Notes: generated by a model from the sequence alone, not told the origin. 32,000 nt of DNA from Phycisphaera mikurensis NBRC 102666 (GCF_000284115.1 NC_017080.1:1680001-1712000); one strand, 5' to 3'; positions 24,171 through 32,000 are shown, counted from the stretch's first letter. Numbers and translations are program-made.

Positions 24171-25892
24171 CTAGGCGTTGAAGTACTTGGCTTCGGGGTG
24201 GTGCACGATCAGCGCCGAGGTCGACTGCTCGGGATCGATCTGCCAGTTCTCGGTCAGCTCGCAGCCGATACGCCCCGGCTCCAACAGCCGCCAAAGGATC
24301 TCTTGATCCTGCATCTCCGGGCAGCTGGGGTAGCCGAAGCTGTAGCGGCTGCCGCGGTACTTCTGCGTGAACAGCTGCTTGATCTTCGCGGAGTCGTCGT
24401 TGCCGATGCCCAGCTCGGCGCGGACGCGCTTGTGCCAGAGCTCGGCCAGGGCCTCGGCGCATTCCACGCCCATGCCGTGCAGGTAGAGGTACTCCTGGTA
24501 GTCGTCGGCGTCGAAGCGCTCCTTGGCGAGGCGGGAGATGTCGTTGCCCATGGTCACGCACTGCAGCGCGAGCACGTCGCGACGGCCGGAGCCGACGTCG
24601 AGGAAGAAGTCGGCGAGGTGCAGGCGGCGGCGGTCGGGCTGGCGGGGGAAGCTCGTGAAGCGCTCGATCTCCTTGTCGTGGTCCTCGGCGTCGAACACGA
24701 CCAGGTCGTCGCCGTCGCTGTTCACGGGGTAGTAGCCGTAGACGACGCCGGGTTGCAGCACGCCGCCGGCGGTGAGGCCGCCGGGGGCGAGTTCCACCTT
24801 CAGCCGGTCCATGATCGGGCGGACTTCCTCTTCCAGCTGGCGTTCGTAGGCCTTGCTGTCCTTGTCGCCGCGGACGAACATCCACTGCGTCTTGAAGAGG
24901 GCGGCCTCGTTGACGAAGGGGTAGATCTGTCGGAGCCCGAGGCCCTCGACGACGCGGGAACCCCAGAAGGGCGGCTCCGGGATCTCGTCGAGAACGGCCA
25001 CGTCGCTGCGGATCCGCTCGGCGACGGCGGCGGAGCCGAATTCGTCGGCCTCCGCCCTGGCGGCGCGGGTGGCGTCGGCCCGCTCGCGCAGCTCGGCGAC
25101 CTTGGCCTCACGCTCGATGCCGGCGGCGGCTCGGCCGTCGATCTCGGCGTTGAGCTCGTCGATCCTGCCCCCGCAGAGCATGTCCATCAGGCGCAGGCCC
25201 TCGAAGGCGTCGGTGCCGTGGAAGGTGCTGCCGTTGTACGTGTTGCGGAGGTGGCCCTCGCAGTACGACCGCTGGAGCGCGGCGCCGCCGAGGATCATCG
25301 GCACGTCGATGTTCTGGGCGTTGAGCTCCTTGAGGTTCTCCTCCATCACGTTGACGCTCTTGACCAGCAGGCCGGAGAGGCCGATCGCGTCGGGCCGGGT
25401 TTCGCGGTACTTCGCGATCAGCTCGTTCACCGGCACCTTGATGCCGATGTTGTGGACGGTGTAGCCGTTGTTGGTGAGGATGATGTCGACGAGGTTCTTG
25501 CCGATGTCGTGGACGTCGCCGCGGACGGTGGCGAGCAGCATCGTGCCCTTGGTCTGGCCCTCGACCTTCTCCATGAAGGGCTCCAGCAGCGCGACCGCCG
25601 CCTTCATCACGGTGGCGGACTGGAGGACGAAGGGCAGCTGCATCTTCCCCGAGCCGAACAGCTCGCCGACGGTCTTCATGCCGTCGAGCAGGTGGTCGTT
25701 GACGATGTCCAGCGGGGCGTATTTCCCGCGGGCCTCGGCCAGCGACTCGTCGAGGTGCTTCTTCTCGCCGTCGACGATGTGCTTGCGGAGACGCTCCTCC
25801 AGCGGGAGCTCCGCGAGGTCCTCGCCGGCGGACACCGCTTCGGCTCCGTCGGGGAAGAGGTCGATGAAGGCTTGCAGCGGGTCGTCGTTCAT
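24171..25892 (-). CDS. metH: Methionine synthase, C-terminal half (B12 cap + cobalamin-binding + AdoMet reactivation domains)
   Basis: Track ORF of 573 aa. Sequence includes GKMQLPFVLQSATVMK, ATVRGDVHDIGKNLV (DxHxxG) and SGLL, with a reactivation domain ending HHPEAKYFNA*. Confidence 0.95.
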   Translation of the reverse strand: MNDDPLQAFIDLFPDGAEAVSAGEDLAELPLEERLRKHIVDGEKKHLDESLAEARGKYAPLDIVNDHLLDGMKTVGELFGSGKMQLPFVLQSATVMKAAVALLEPFMEKVEGQTKGTMLLATVRGDVHDIGKNLVDIILTNNGYTVHNIGIKVPVNELIAKYRETRPDAIGLSGLLVKSVNVMEENLKELNAQNIDVPMILGGAALQRSYCEGHLRNTYNGSTFHGTDAFEGLRLMDMLCGGRIDELNAEIDGRAAAGIEREAKVAELRERADATRAARAEADEFGSAAVAERIRSDVAVLDEIPEPPFWGSRVVEGLGLRQIYPFVNEAALFKTQWMFVRGDKDSKAYERQLEEEVRPIMDRLKVELAPGGLTAGGVLQPGVVYGYYPVNSDGDDLVVFDAEDHDKEIERFTSFPRQPDRRRLHLADFFLDVGSGRRDVLALQCVTMGNDISRLAKERFDADDYQEYLYLHGMGVECAEALAELWHKRVRAELGIGNDDSAKIKQLFTQKYRGSRYSFGYPSCPEMQDQEILWRLLEPGRIGCELTENWQIDPEQSTSALIVHHPEAKYFNA

Positions 25893-25931
25893 GGCTTGGC
25901 GGGCGTTCGGCGGGAAGAGGCTTCCGTCCGT

Positions 25932-27854
25932 TTAGTGAGAGCAAGCGGCGCCGTGGACGTGCGCCTCGCCGCCCCCGGCAGCCACCGTCTCGGCCACGGC
26001 CGCCTCGGCGGCGGCGCCGCGACGGTCGTAGAGCAGCCGGATCGCCGCGTCCCACTGCTCTCTGGGGATCCGGCTCTCGGGGAGGATCTTGCTCACGTGC
26101 AGGATGGCGGAGGTCATGCCCGCCTGGATCAACTCGGCGAGGAAGACCGAGTTGAGCACCTGCCGGGCCGCGGGCTTCAAGCCGAAGCTGATGTTCGAGA
26201 GCCCGCAGGTGATCTGGCAGCGGGGGAATCGCTCGCTGATCAGGCGGGTGCCCTCGATGGTCTCCAGGCCGCTTCGGCGGTCCTGCTCCATGCCGGTGGA
26301 GACCGGCAGGACGAGCGGGTCGAACATGAGGTCCGCCTCGTCGAGGCCGTGCACGCGGGTGGCCAGGTCGTGCATGCGGGTGGCGATCTCCAGCTTCCGC
26401 TCGCGGGTGCGGGCCATCGCCTCCTCGGGGTCTTCGTCGATGGTGCCCAGCACCAGCCCGGCGTTGTACTTCTTCGCGAGGCGGCACATGAGGGCGAACT
26501 TCTCCTCGCCGTCCTCGAGGTTCGCCGAGTTGATCAGGCACTTGCCGCCGGCGGCCTTGAGCCCCGCCTCGATGGTCGCGGGCTGGGTGCTGTCGAGCAT
26601 CAGCGGGGCGTTGACCTGGTTGACCAGCTTCGAAACCACGGTGGTCATGTCCCGGACGTTGTCGCGGCCGGCGTAGTCGACGTTGACGTCGATCACGTGG
26701 CTGCCCTCGCGGACCATGTCGCGGGCGAGGCTGACGATCTCGTCCCAGTCCTCCTCCTCCAGGAGCCGCTTGAACTTGCGGCTGCCCGAGGCGTTGGTGC
26801 GCTCGCCGATGTTCAGGATGCTGTTGTCCTGCCGCATCTCCACCGCCCCCATCAGCGAGGCAATGGCGGGCTGCCAGGGCTGGACCTCCACCTCGGTGAC
26901 GGGTGTGTCGCGGCCGACCTTCTCCACCAACGCCGCGATGTGGGCCGGCGTGGTGCCGCAGCACCCGCCGACGATGTTCAGGCCCGCGGTGAGCACGAAC
27001 TCGGCCATCTTCTCGGCGAAGGGCTCGGCCTGGAGCGGGAAGATCGTGCGGCCCTCGACCAGCGTCGGCAAACCCGCGTTGGGCAGCAGCGAGATGGCGC
27101 CGGGCCAGTTCCGGGCGATGTGCTTGAGGTGCTCGGCCATCTCCGCGGGGCCCGTGGCGCAGTTCATCCCGAGGCTGAAGATCGGGTAGTTGCGCAGCGT
27201 GGCCACCACGCCGGCGATGTCGGTGCCGATGAGGGTGGTGCCGAACTGCTCGATGGTCACCTGCACCATCACGGGCACGTCGCCGGTGCCGTCGACGTCG
27301 GGGGTCAAGCCGCGCTCGTCGAGCACGCCGAAGATCGCGTCCAGCGTGCACTTGACCTGCAGGATGTCCTGGGCGGTCTCGATGAGCAGCGCGTCGCTGC
27401 CGCCATCGAGCAGGCCGCGGACCTGGGCGGCGTAGCTCGCGCGCATCTCGTCGTAGCCGATGTTCCCGAGGGTGACCAGCTTCGTGCCCGGCCCCATGGA
27501 GCCGACGACGAAGCGGGGACGCTCGGGGGTGGCGAAGCTGTCGCAGGCGAGCCGGGCGGTCTGCGCGGCGAGCACGTTGAGCTCGTGGACCCTGTCCACC
27601 AGGTCCTGGTCCTCCATGGTGTGCAGCTGCGCGTTGAAGCTGTCGGTCTCGACGGCGTCGCTGCCGGCGCGGAGGAAGTCCTCGTGGATGCCCTGGATCA
27701 CCTCCGGGCGGGTGAGCAGCAGCACCTCCGTGCAGTTCTCGCGCCCGAGGTAGTCCCGCTCCAGGTCCAGGTCGTCGATGTTGTGGATGGAGGTGCCCAT
27801 CGCCCCGTCGAGGAAGAGGACGCGGCGGAGGGCGGTTTGCGCGAAGGTGCTCAT
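25932..27854 (-). CDS. metH: Methionine synthase, N-terminal half (homocysteine S-methyltransferase + pterin-binding domains)
   Basis: Track ORF of 640 aa. Sequence includes LDGAMGT, NCATGP, GGCCGTTPAHI (Zn ligands), IGERTNASGSRKF and VIDVNVDY. It ends at TAA 25932..25934, in frame with the next ORF. Confidence 0.95.
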   Translation of the reverse strand: MSTFAQTALRRVLFLDGAMGTSIHNIDDLDLERDYLGRENCTEVLLLTRPEVIQGIHEDFLRAGSDAVETDSFNAQLHTMEDQDLVDRVHELNVLAAQTARLACDSFATPERPRFVVGSMGPGTKLVTLGNIGYDEMRASYAAQVRGLLDGGSDALLIETAQDILQVKCTLDAIFGVLDERGLTPDVDGTGDVPVMVQVTIEQFGTTLIGTDIAGVVATLRNYPIFSLGMNCATGPAEMAEHLKHIARNWPGAISLLPNAGLPTLVEGRTIFPLQAEPFAEKMAEFVLTAGLNIVGGCCGTTPAHIAALVEKVGRDTPVTEVEVQPWQPAIASLMGAVEMRQDNSILNIGERTNASGSRKFKRLLEEEDWDEIVSLARDMVREGSHVIDVNVDYAGRDNVRDMTTVVSKLVNQVNAPLMLDSTQPATIEAGLKAAGGKCLINSANLEDGEEKFALMCRLAKKYNAGLVLGTIDEDPEEAMARTRERKLEIATRMHDLATRVHGLDEADLMFDPLVLPVSTGMEQDRRSGLETIEGTRLISERFPRCQITCGLSNISFGLKPAARQVLNSVFLAELIQAGMTSAILHVSKILPESRIPREQWDAAIRLLYDRRGAAAEAAVAETVAAGGGEAHVHGAACSH

Positions 27855-28003
27855 CTCCGGTCAGTCTATCCGTTCATCCGGATGGAGCGATGGAGTGCGA
27901 CCCCGGGGCTAGCGGCTGCGTGCAGCGGCCCGGGCCGCGGGCGTTGCAGCGCCTGGCGCGTGACCGATCACCCCGCACCCCGGATCGGGCCGATCAGGCG
28001 GGC

Positions 28004-28843
28004 ATGACCTGGTACGAAGCGCTGATTCTGGGGATCGTGGAGGGGCTCACCGAGTACCTCCCGGTCAGCTCCACCGGCCACCTCATCCTCACGCAGTGGC
28101 TGCTGGGGCTGAACGCCGATCCCCAGACCGAGGCGGCGGTCAACAGCTTCAACATCATCGTGCAGGCCGGGGCCATCGCCGCGGTGCTGGGGCTCTACCG
28201 GCAGCGGGTGGGGCAGATGATCCGCGGCCTGCTGGGCCGGGACGAGGAGGGCCGACGCCTCGCGCTGATGCTCATCGCCGCGTTCATGCCCGCCGCGGTC
28301 CTGGGGGTCCTGCTGGCGGATCCGATCGAGCGGCACCTCTTCGCCCCCTGGCCGGTGATCGCGGCGCTGGCGGCGGGCGGGCTGCTGATGCTCGGCGTCG
28401 CCCGCTGGCGGCGGGGGGCCGACGAGGCCGACGGCAAGGAGGTGGAGCAGATCGATCTGAGGATGGCCCTCCTGATCGGCTTCGCCCAGTGCCTCGCGAT
28501 GTGGCCGGGCACCAGCCGGTCGATGATGACGATCGTCGCCGCCTTCCTCGTCGGGCTGCGCCCCCGCGCGGCGGCGGAGTTCTCCTTCCTGCTGGGGCTG
28601 GTGACGCTGGGCGCGGCCACGGTCTACAAGTCCGCACAGGGCGGGACGCAGATGGTCGAGCAGCTGGGCGCCTTCCCAATTCTGGTCGGGCTCGTCGGCG
28701 CGACCGTCTCGGCCGCTCTCGCGGTGAAGTGGTTCGTCCGCTTCCTCACGCGCAACGGCCTCGCACCGTTCGGCTGGTACAGGCTCGCCCTGTCGGCCGT
28801 GCTCGCGGGGCTCATCCTCAGCGGGGTGATGGAGGGCTTCTGA
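28004..28843 (+). CDS. uppP: Undecaprenyl-diphosphate phosphatase
   Basis: Internal ATG at 28004 of track ORF 27890..28843. Sequence MTWYEALILGIVEGLTEYLPVSSTGHLIL...GTSRSMMTI matches UppP/BacA signatures. Confidence 0.93.
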   Translation: MTWYEALILGIVEGLTEYLPVSSTGHLILTQWLLGLNADPQTEAAVNSFNIIVQAGAIAAVLGLYRQRVGQMIRGLLGRDEEGRRLALMLIAAFMPAAVLGVLLADPIERHLFAPWPVIAALAAGGLLMLGVARWRRGADEADGKEVEQIDLRMALLIGFAQCLAMWPGTSRSMMTIVAAFLVGLRPRAAAEFSFLLGLVTLGAATVYKSAQGGTQMVEQLGAFPILVGLVGATVSAALAVKWFVRFLTRNGLAPFGWYRLALSAVLAGLILSGVMEGF

Positions 28844-28941
28844 TTCTGGCTTCGGGGCACCCGGCCACGCGGTCGGGTCTCCTCGGGACCGCCGGAGGAG
28901 GCCGCGGCGCGGCGCGCCGCGGGTGCGGGCGAGCGGCCTTA

Positions 28942-29095
28942 GCGCACCGTGCGCAATTTTCCGATCGCCTTTGCGGGCGAGTCGTGCCCCTCGCTTCGTC
29001 GGCTGCATCGCCCTGCAGGGGCAGGGCTGCTTCGCCTCCTCACGAGGAACACGACGCGCGGACGCAGGCCGATCGGAAAATTGCGCACGATGCTC
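28942..29095. mobile_element. 154-bp MITE-like foldback element flanked by TA dinucleotides
   Basis: A perfect 20-bp terminal inverted repeat is present: cgtgcgcaattttccgatcg (28948..28967) against cgatcggaaaattgcgcacg (29070..29089). It extends to 26 bp with 2 mismatches. TA occurs at 28940..28941 and 29096..29097. The interior is itself an imperfect palindrome, and the locally AT-rich core stands out in a roughly 72% GC background. Confidence 0.6.
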
Positions 29096-29109
29096 TAGCG
29101 TCGGGACGC

Positions 29110-30240
29110 GTGCCACCCCGCCCCCCGCTCCACCTTGCCGGCGTCGTGTCGGCGCTGCTCCCGTGGTTCCGGCGGCACCGGCGGGCGATGCCCTGGCGTG
29201 CGGAGCCGGGGCAGGCGGCGGACCCCTACCGGGTCCTGGTGAGCGAGGCGATGCTGCAGCAGACGCGGGTGGAGACGGTGGAGCGTTACTTCGAGCGCTT
29301 CGTCTCGCTCTTCCCGGACGCGGCGTCTCTGGCGGCGGCCGGCGAGCAGGAGGTGCTGGCGGCGTGGGCGGGGCTGGGCTACTACCGGCGCGCGCGGAAC
29401 CTCCACGCGGCGGCGAAGGCGGTGGTCGCGGAGCACGGCGGGGCGGTGCCGCGGACGGCGGAGCAGCTGCTCGGGCTGCCCGGCGTCGGGCGGTACACCG
29501 CGGGGGCCGTGGCGTCGATCGCGTTCGGCGAGCCCGCGCCGATCCTCGACGGGAACGTGATGCGCGTGCTGGCGCGGCTGCACGCGATTGAGGAGCCGGT
29601 GGACCGGCCGGCGACGCAGAAGCGGCTGTGGGCGGAGGCGGCGGCGCTGGTCCGGGCGGCCGCGGACCGCGGGGCACAGAGCGGGGACGGCGAGGCGGTC
29701 CGCAACTTCAACCAGGCGCTGATGGAGCTGGGGGCGCTGGTCTGCACCCCGAAGCGGCCGTCGTGCCTTGCGTGCCCGCTGCGGGAGGCCTGCCGGTCGG
29801 CGGGCACGGCCCGGGCGGAGCGGCTGCCGCGCAAGACGCCCAAGAAGGCTCCCCAACGGGTGACGCACGAGGTGCTGGCGATCGAACGCGGCGGTGCCTG
29901 GCTCTTCGAGCAGCGGCCGGCGACGGGCATGTGGGCGGGGATGTGGCAGATGCCCACGCGGGAGGACGGGGCGGCGGACGCGGATTGGGCGAGGGAGCGT
30001 CTCGGCCTCGCGGTGCGGATCAACGACGGCGAACCCGGCGTGTTCGAGCACGCGACGACGCACCGGTTGGTCGGGTTCCGGGTGCGGACCGGCCGGACGG
30101 TCGGCGGGCGGCTGCGACCGGGTGCGGGCGTCTGGCGGAAGCCCGGAACGCGGAGTTTTGCACAGCTGCCCGTCGCGCGGCCGGTGCAGCGGATCGTCGC
30201 TATGGTCGCGGCGCAGCCAGGCCGGGAAAGCGGAGTGTGA
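29110..30240 (+). CDS. mutY: A/G-specific adenine DNA glycosylase MutY
   Basis: Only the last ~376 codons of track ORF 28096..30240 look like a real protein. Sequence includes LPWRAEPGQAADPYRVLVSEAMLQQTRVETV, GLGYYRRARNL, LPGVGRYTAGAV and the 4Fe-4S cluster motif CTPKRPSCLACPLREAC, plus a NUDIX-like C-domain. Start is GTG 29110 (or GTG 29146). Confidence 0.9.
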   Translation: MPPRPPLHLAGVVSALLPWFRRHRRAMPWRAEPGQAADPYRVLVSEAMLQQTRVETVERYFERFVSLFPDAASLAAAGEQEVLAAWAGLGYYRRARNLHAAAKAVVAEHGGAVPRTAEQLLGLPGVGRYTAGAVASIAFGEPAPILDGNVMRVLARLHAIEEPVDRPATQKRLWAEAAALVRAAADRGAQSGDGEAVRNFNQALMELGALVCTPKRPSCLACPLREACRSAGTARAERLPRKTPKKAPQRVTHEVLAIERGGAWLFEQRPATGMWAGMWQMPTREDGAADADWARERLGLAVRINDGEPGVFEHATTHRLVGFRVRTGRTVGGRLRPGAGVWRKPGTRSFAQLPVARPVQRIVAMVAAQPGRESGV

Positions 30241-30531
30241 TTCTCCCGCGGACGCGCCACCGTGAAGGCTGATCCTCTCTTGGAGGATCGACCCAAGTCG
30301 GAATGCCGGCCGGCTGCCGTGCTCCCCGCCGTGGGGGGCCGTTCTGCCCGAGAGCCCCTCGCGACACGGGGGCCCGGTGCCGCGGCCGCCCGCCGTGCGT
30401 TCGAGAAGCCCGCGGACCGTCGAGGTTTTCGCGGGTTTCCGGCCACGGTCCGCGGGCGCCGGCGTCGGCCGCCCGTGTCTTGCGAGGGTTCCTCCGGGAG
30501 CCGCCCTCCGGGGCACGCGAGAGACCGACGC

Positions 30532-31153
30532 ATGCGAAACCTCCTCCCGATGCTGCCCGCCACCGCCGTGGCGTTCGCTTTCCTCGTCGCCGCGCCGGCT
30601 TCGGCGCAGGCGACGTTCCAGTACGCGGTCGGGTCGGGCGAGGCCCGCAGCGACCTCGTCGTCGACTTCGCGGGCTCGGGCAGCACGCCGGGCGGGGCGT
30701 ACGCCTTCTCCTACTTCTACGACCCCGCGGACAACCCGACCGGGCTCGACCTGCTGACGGCGATCGATGCGGGCGGCGGCCTCGACGTCGCGACGACGCA
30801 GTTCAGCTTCGGCGTCGCCATCGACGGTTTCACCTTCGGCGACGACTCGCGGGTGTTCGAGAGCTTCACGGAGGGCTCGTTCCGCTACTTCGTCTCCGGG
30901 GGGGACCGGGCAGCAGTTCCTGCCCCCGGACTTCGCGCCCACGCTCCGCGACTACGCCGACGACGGGTACACGGTCGCGGCTTCCGGGGCGTCGGGTCGC
31001 TTCCTCGCCGACGGCAGCGTCGACGCCTTCCGCTTCGCCGACGCCGCGGGGACCCGGCCGGCGGCGGTGCCGGCGAACATCCCCGAGCCCGCGGCCGCCG
31101 CGTGGGCGGCGGGCGGCGGGCTGCTGCTGCTGCTCCGACGGCGGGCGTCGTGA
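30532..31153 (+). pseudogene. PEP-CTERM sorting-domain secreted protein, reading frame broken at a G7 run
   Basis: The N-terminal part, with a signal peptide ([27 protein letters not shown]), is in the frame of track ORF 30262..31941 up to ...FRYFVSGG. The C-terminal part is in the frame of track ORF 30767..31153: [10 protein letters not shown]...[25 protein letters not shown] (PEP motif + TM + RRR). The switch point is G7 at 30898..30904. Confidence 0.75.
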
Positions 31154-31941
31154 GGCGGCGTCCCGCCTTCACGCTGGTCGAGCTGCTGGTCGTCGTCTCC
31201 GTGATCGCGCTCTTGATCGGGCTGCTGCTGCCGGCGCTGGCGGCGACGCGGGAGGCGGGCCGTGCGGCGGTGTGCCTGTCGAACCTGCGGCAGACCACGC
31301 TGGCGCTGATCAGCTACGCGACGGCGGACGGCGGCGGGCTCGTGCCGCTGGTGCAGAATCGACCCGCGGGGCGGGCTTGGTGGTTCGGCTTCGAGCCGAA
31401 GCCGTACGTCGGCCTCAACCGGCCGATCGAACCCGGGGGCTCGCCGCTGGCGACGCACGCGGACGGGCTCTTCGGCGAGGGCATCGCCTGCCCCGCCTTC
31501 CCCGCCGGCGACCCGGGCTTCAACGCGAAGTTCGCCCGGCGGAGCGCCCACTTCGGCTACAGCGGCGGCCTCGCGCCGCCGGCGTACACCGGTCTGCCGA
31601 CGAAGCGCCTGGTGGAGGTGGCCGACGCGTCGGGCACCTTCGCCTTCGCCGACGCGCTGCACCAGGACTTCTCGCCCACCGCGTTCAACGAGCCGCACGA
31701 GGTCGCCTTCCGCGGTCCGGGCGCGGTGAGCGGGGCGGGGCACTTCCGCCACGCCGCAACGGCAAACCTCTCCTACCTCGACGGACACGCCGCCGCCCTG
31801 GAGCCGCCGGAAGGGGAGGCGGTGCACGGGAGCTTCGGGGGCGGCGACCTCGTCAACCTCGACGTCGCGCAGGGGCGGGGCACGCGTTACGGCTTCCCGA
31901 CGTGGACCGCGTCGCTGCTCCCCGCCACGGTGCGGCCATGA
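31150..31941 (+). CDS. Prepilin-type N-terminal domain protein of the DUF1559 / H-X9-DG family
   Basis: The GTG at 31150 gives (M)[47 protein letters not shown]. The C-terminal [13 protein letters not shown] is an exact H-X9-DG motif. The start overlaps the PEP-CTERM gene stop as GTGA at 31150..31153. Confidence 0.85.
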   Translation: MRRRPAFTLVELLVVVSVIALLIGLLLPALAATREAGRAAVCLSNLRQTTLALISYATADGGGLVPLVQNRPAGRAWWFGFEPKPYVGLNRPIEPGGSPLATHADGLFGEGIACPAFPAGDPGFNAKFARRSAHFGYSGGLAPPAYTGLPTKRLVEVADASGTFAFADALHQDFSPTAFNEPHEVAFRGPGAVSGAGHFRHAATANLSYLDGHAAALEPPEGEAVHGSFGGGDLVNLDVAQGRGTRYGFPTWTASLLPATVRP

Positions 31942-32000
31942 GGATCGATCGCTGCGTCTGCACGGGTCGCTTCTTCGAGAGCCTGCTCGCCCAGGCCCGG
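31938..32000 (+). CDS. Start of an unidentified ORF ([21 protein letters not shown]...), truncated by the window edge
   Basis: The ATG at 31938 overlaps the preceding stop as ATGA at 31938..31941. The N-terminal C-x-C motif is reminiscent of BFD-like 2Fe-2S proteins, but 21 aa is too short to call. Confidence 0.35.
   Translation, partial: MRIDRCVCTGRFFESLLAQAR

Larger units (their letters stand above)
22924..24173 (+). mobile_element. IS630-family insertion sequence (element 22926..24171) with flanking TA target duplications
   Basis: The ends are gtgccgcg (22926..22933) and cgcggcac (24164..24171). The imperfect terminal inverted repeat has about 21/28 matches. TA occurs on both sides (22924..22925 and 24172..24173). 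The element carries HTH and DDE transposase ORFs. Confidence 0.9.

Noticed and set aside
27855-28003. Possible riboswitch (SAM/SAH or cobalamin type) in the 149-bp divergent region upstream of metH
   Set aside because: I could find only a short hairpin (atccg-gatgaa-cggat) near the start codon. No B12-box or SAM-II/SAH-like conserved core was recognisable by eye. Confirming this needs an Rfam/Infernal scan, so it is not reported as a feature.
24198-28007. 1269-aa plus-strand ORF, the longest in the track
   Set aside because: It lies exactly antisense to both metH halves. Its translation is a Gly/Ala/Val/Asp/His/Leu-rich low-complexity string with no recognisable motif. The minus strand, by contrast, carries unambiguous MetH signatures. 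This is a typical stop-free antisense frame in roughly 72% GC DNA.
28096-29109. N-terminal 338 codons of the 714-aa ORF 28096..30240
   Set aside because: This stretch overlaps uppP out of frame and runs through the MITE-like element, and the translation is Arg/Gly/Ala junk. MutY homology begins only near 29110.
30262-31941. 559-aa plus-strand ORF that looks like a single large protein
   Set aside because: It is a chimera. Residues before the G7 run are the real PEP-CTERM protein N-terminus, and the middle is Arg-rich out-of-frame read-through ([19 protein letters not shown]...). The last 263 codons are the separate H-X9-DG gene, which starts at GTG 31150.

Overview
The window is about 72% GC and reads as bacterial chromosome. 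It is probably Planctomycetota, likely Phycisphaerae-like. That placement is an inference from an H-X9-DG prepilin-like protein, a PEP-CTERM protein, CPxCG zinc-ribbon membrane proteins and the very high GC3. Most long ORFs in the supplied track are antisense or off-frame artefacts of the GC content; I accept about 33 genes.

Layout, left to right:
- A GT9 glycosyltransferase fragment (-) at the left edge.
- A calcineurin-type phosphoesterase and a NUDIX hydrolase, separated by a purine octamer array.
- A pseudopilin / secretin / TPR-lipoprotein cluster followed by an HD-GYP protein.
- A minus-strand chain of five genes: a large P-loop protein, TrkA-N, a zinc-ribbon membrane protein, a kinase-like protein and a LOG/PpnN-like protein. 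Three of its four junctions are 4-nt start/stop overlaps.
- phzF-like and nadK.
- A minus-strand STAS - RsbW-like - ybeY - CNNM/CorC operon.
- A LysM protein, mreB and an acyltransferase-3 protein.
- An IS630-family element with TA duplications, sitting exactly on the metH stop codon.
- metH split into two in-frame ORFs by one TAA.
- uppP, a 154-bp TA-flanked foldback (MITE-like) element, and mutY.
- A PEP-CTERM gene broken at a G7 run, an H-X9-DG protein, and a truncated ORF at the right edge.

No rRNA, tRNA or CRISPR was seen.

The most unusual signals are:
- Two dispersed arrays of a purine-only octamer (GRRGRAGY)n placed just 3' of stop codons.
- The five-gene nucleotide-enzyme operon of unknown function.
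- The MITE-like element.
- The metH and PEP-CTERM gene interruptions.

All functional calls rest on motifs I recognise by eye. No database search was possible.
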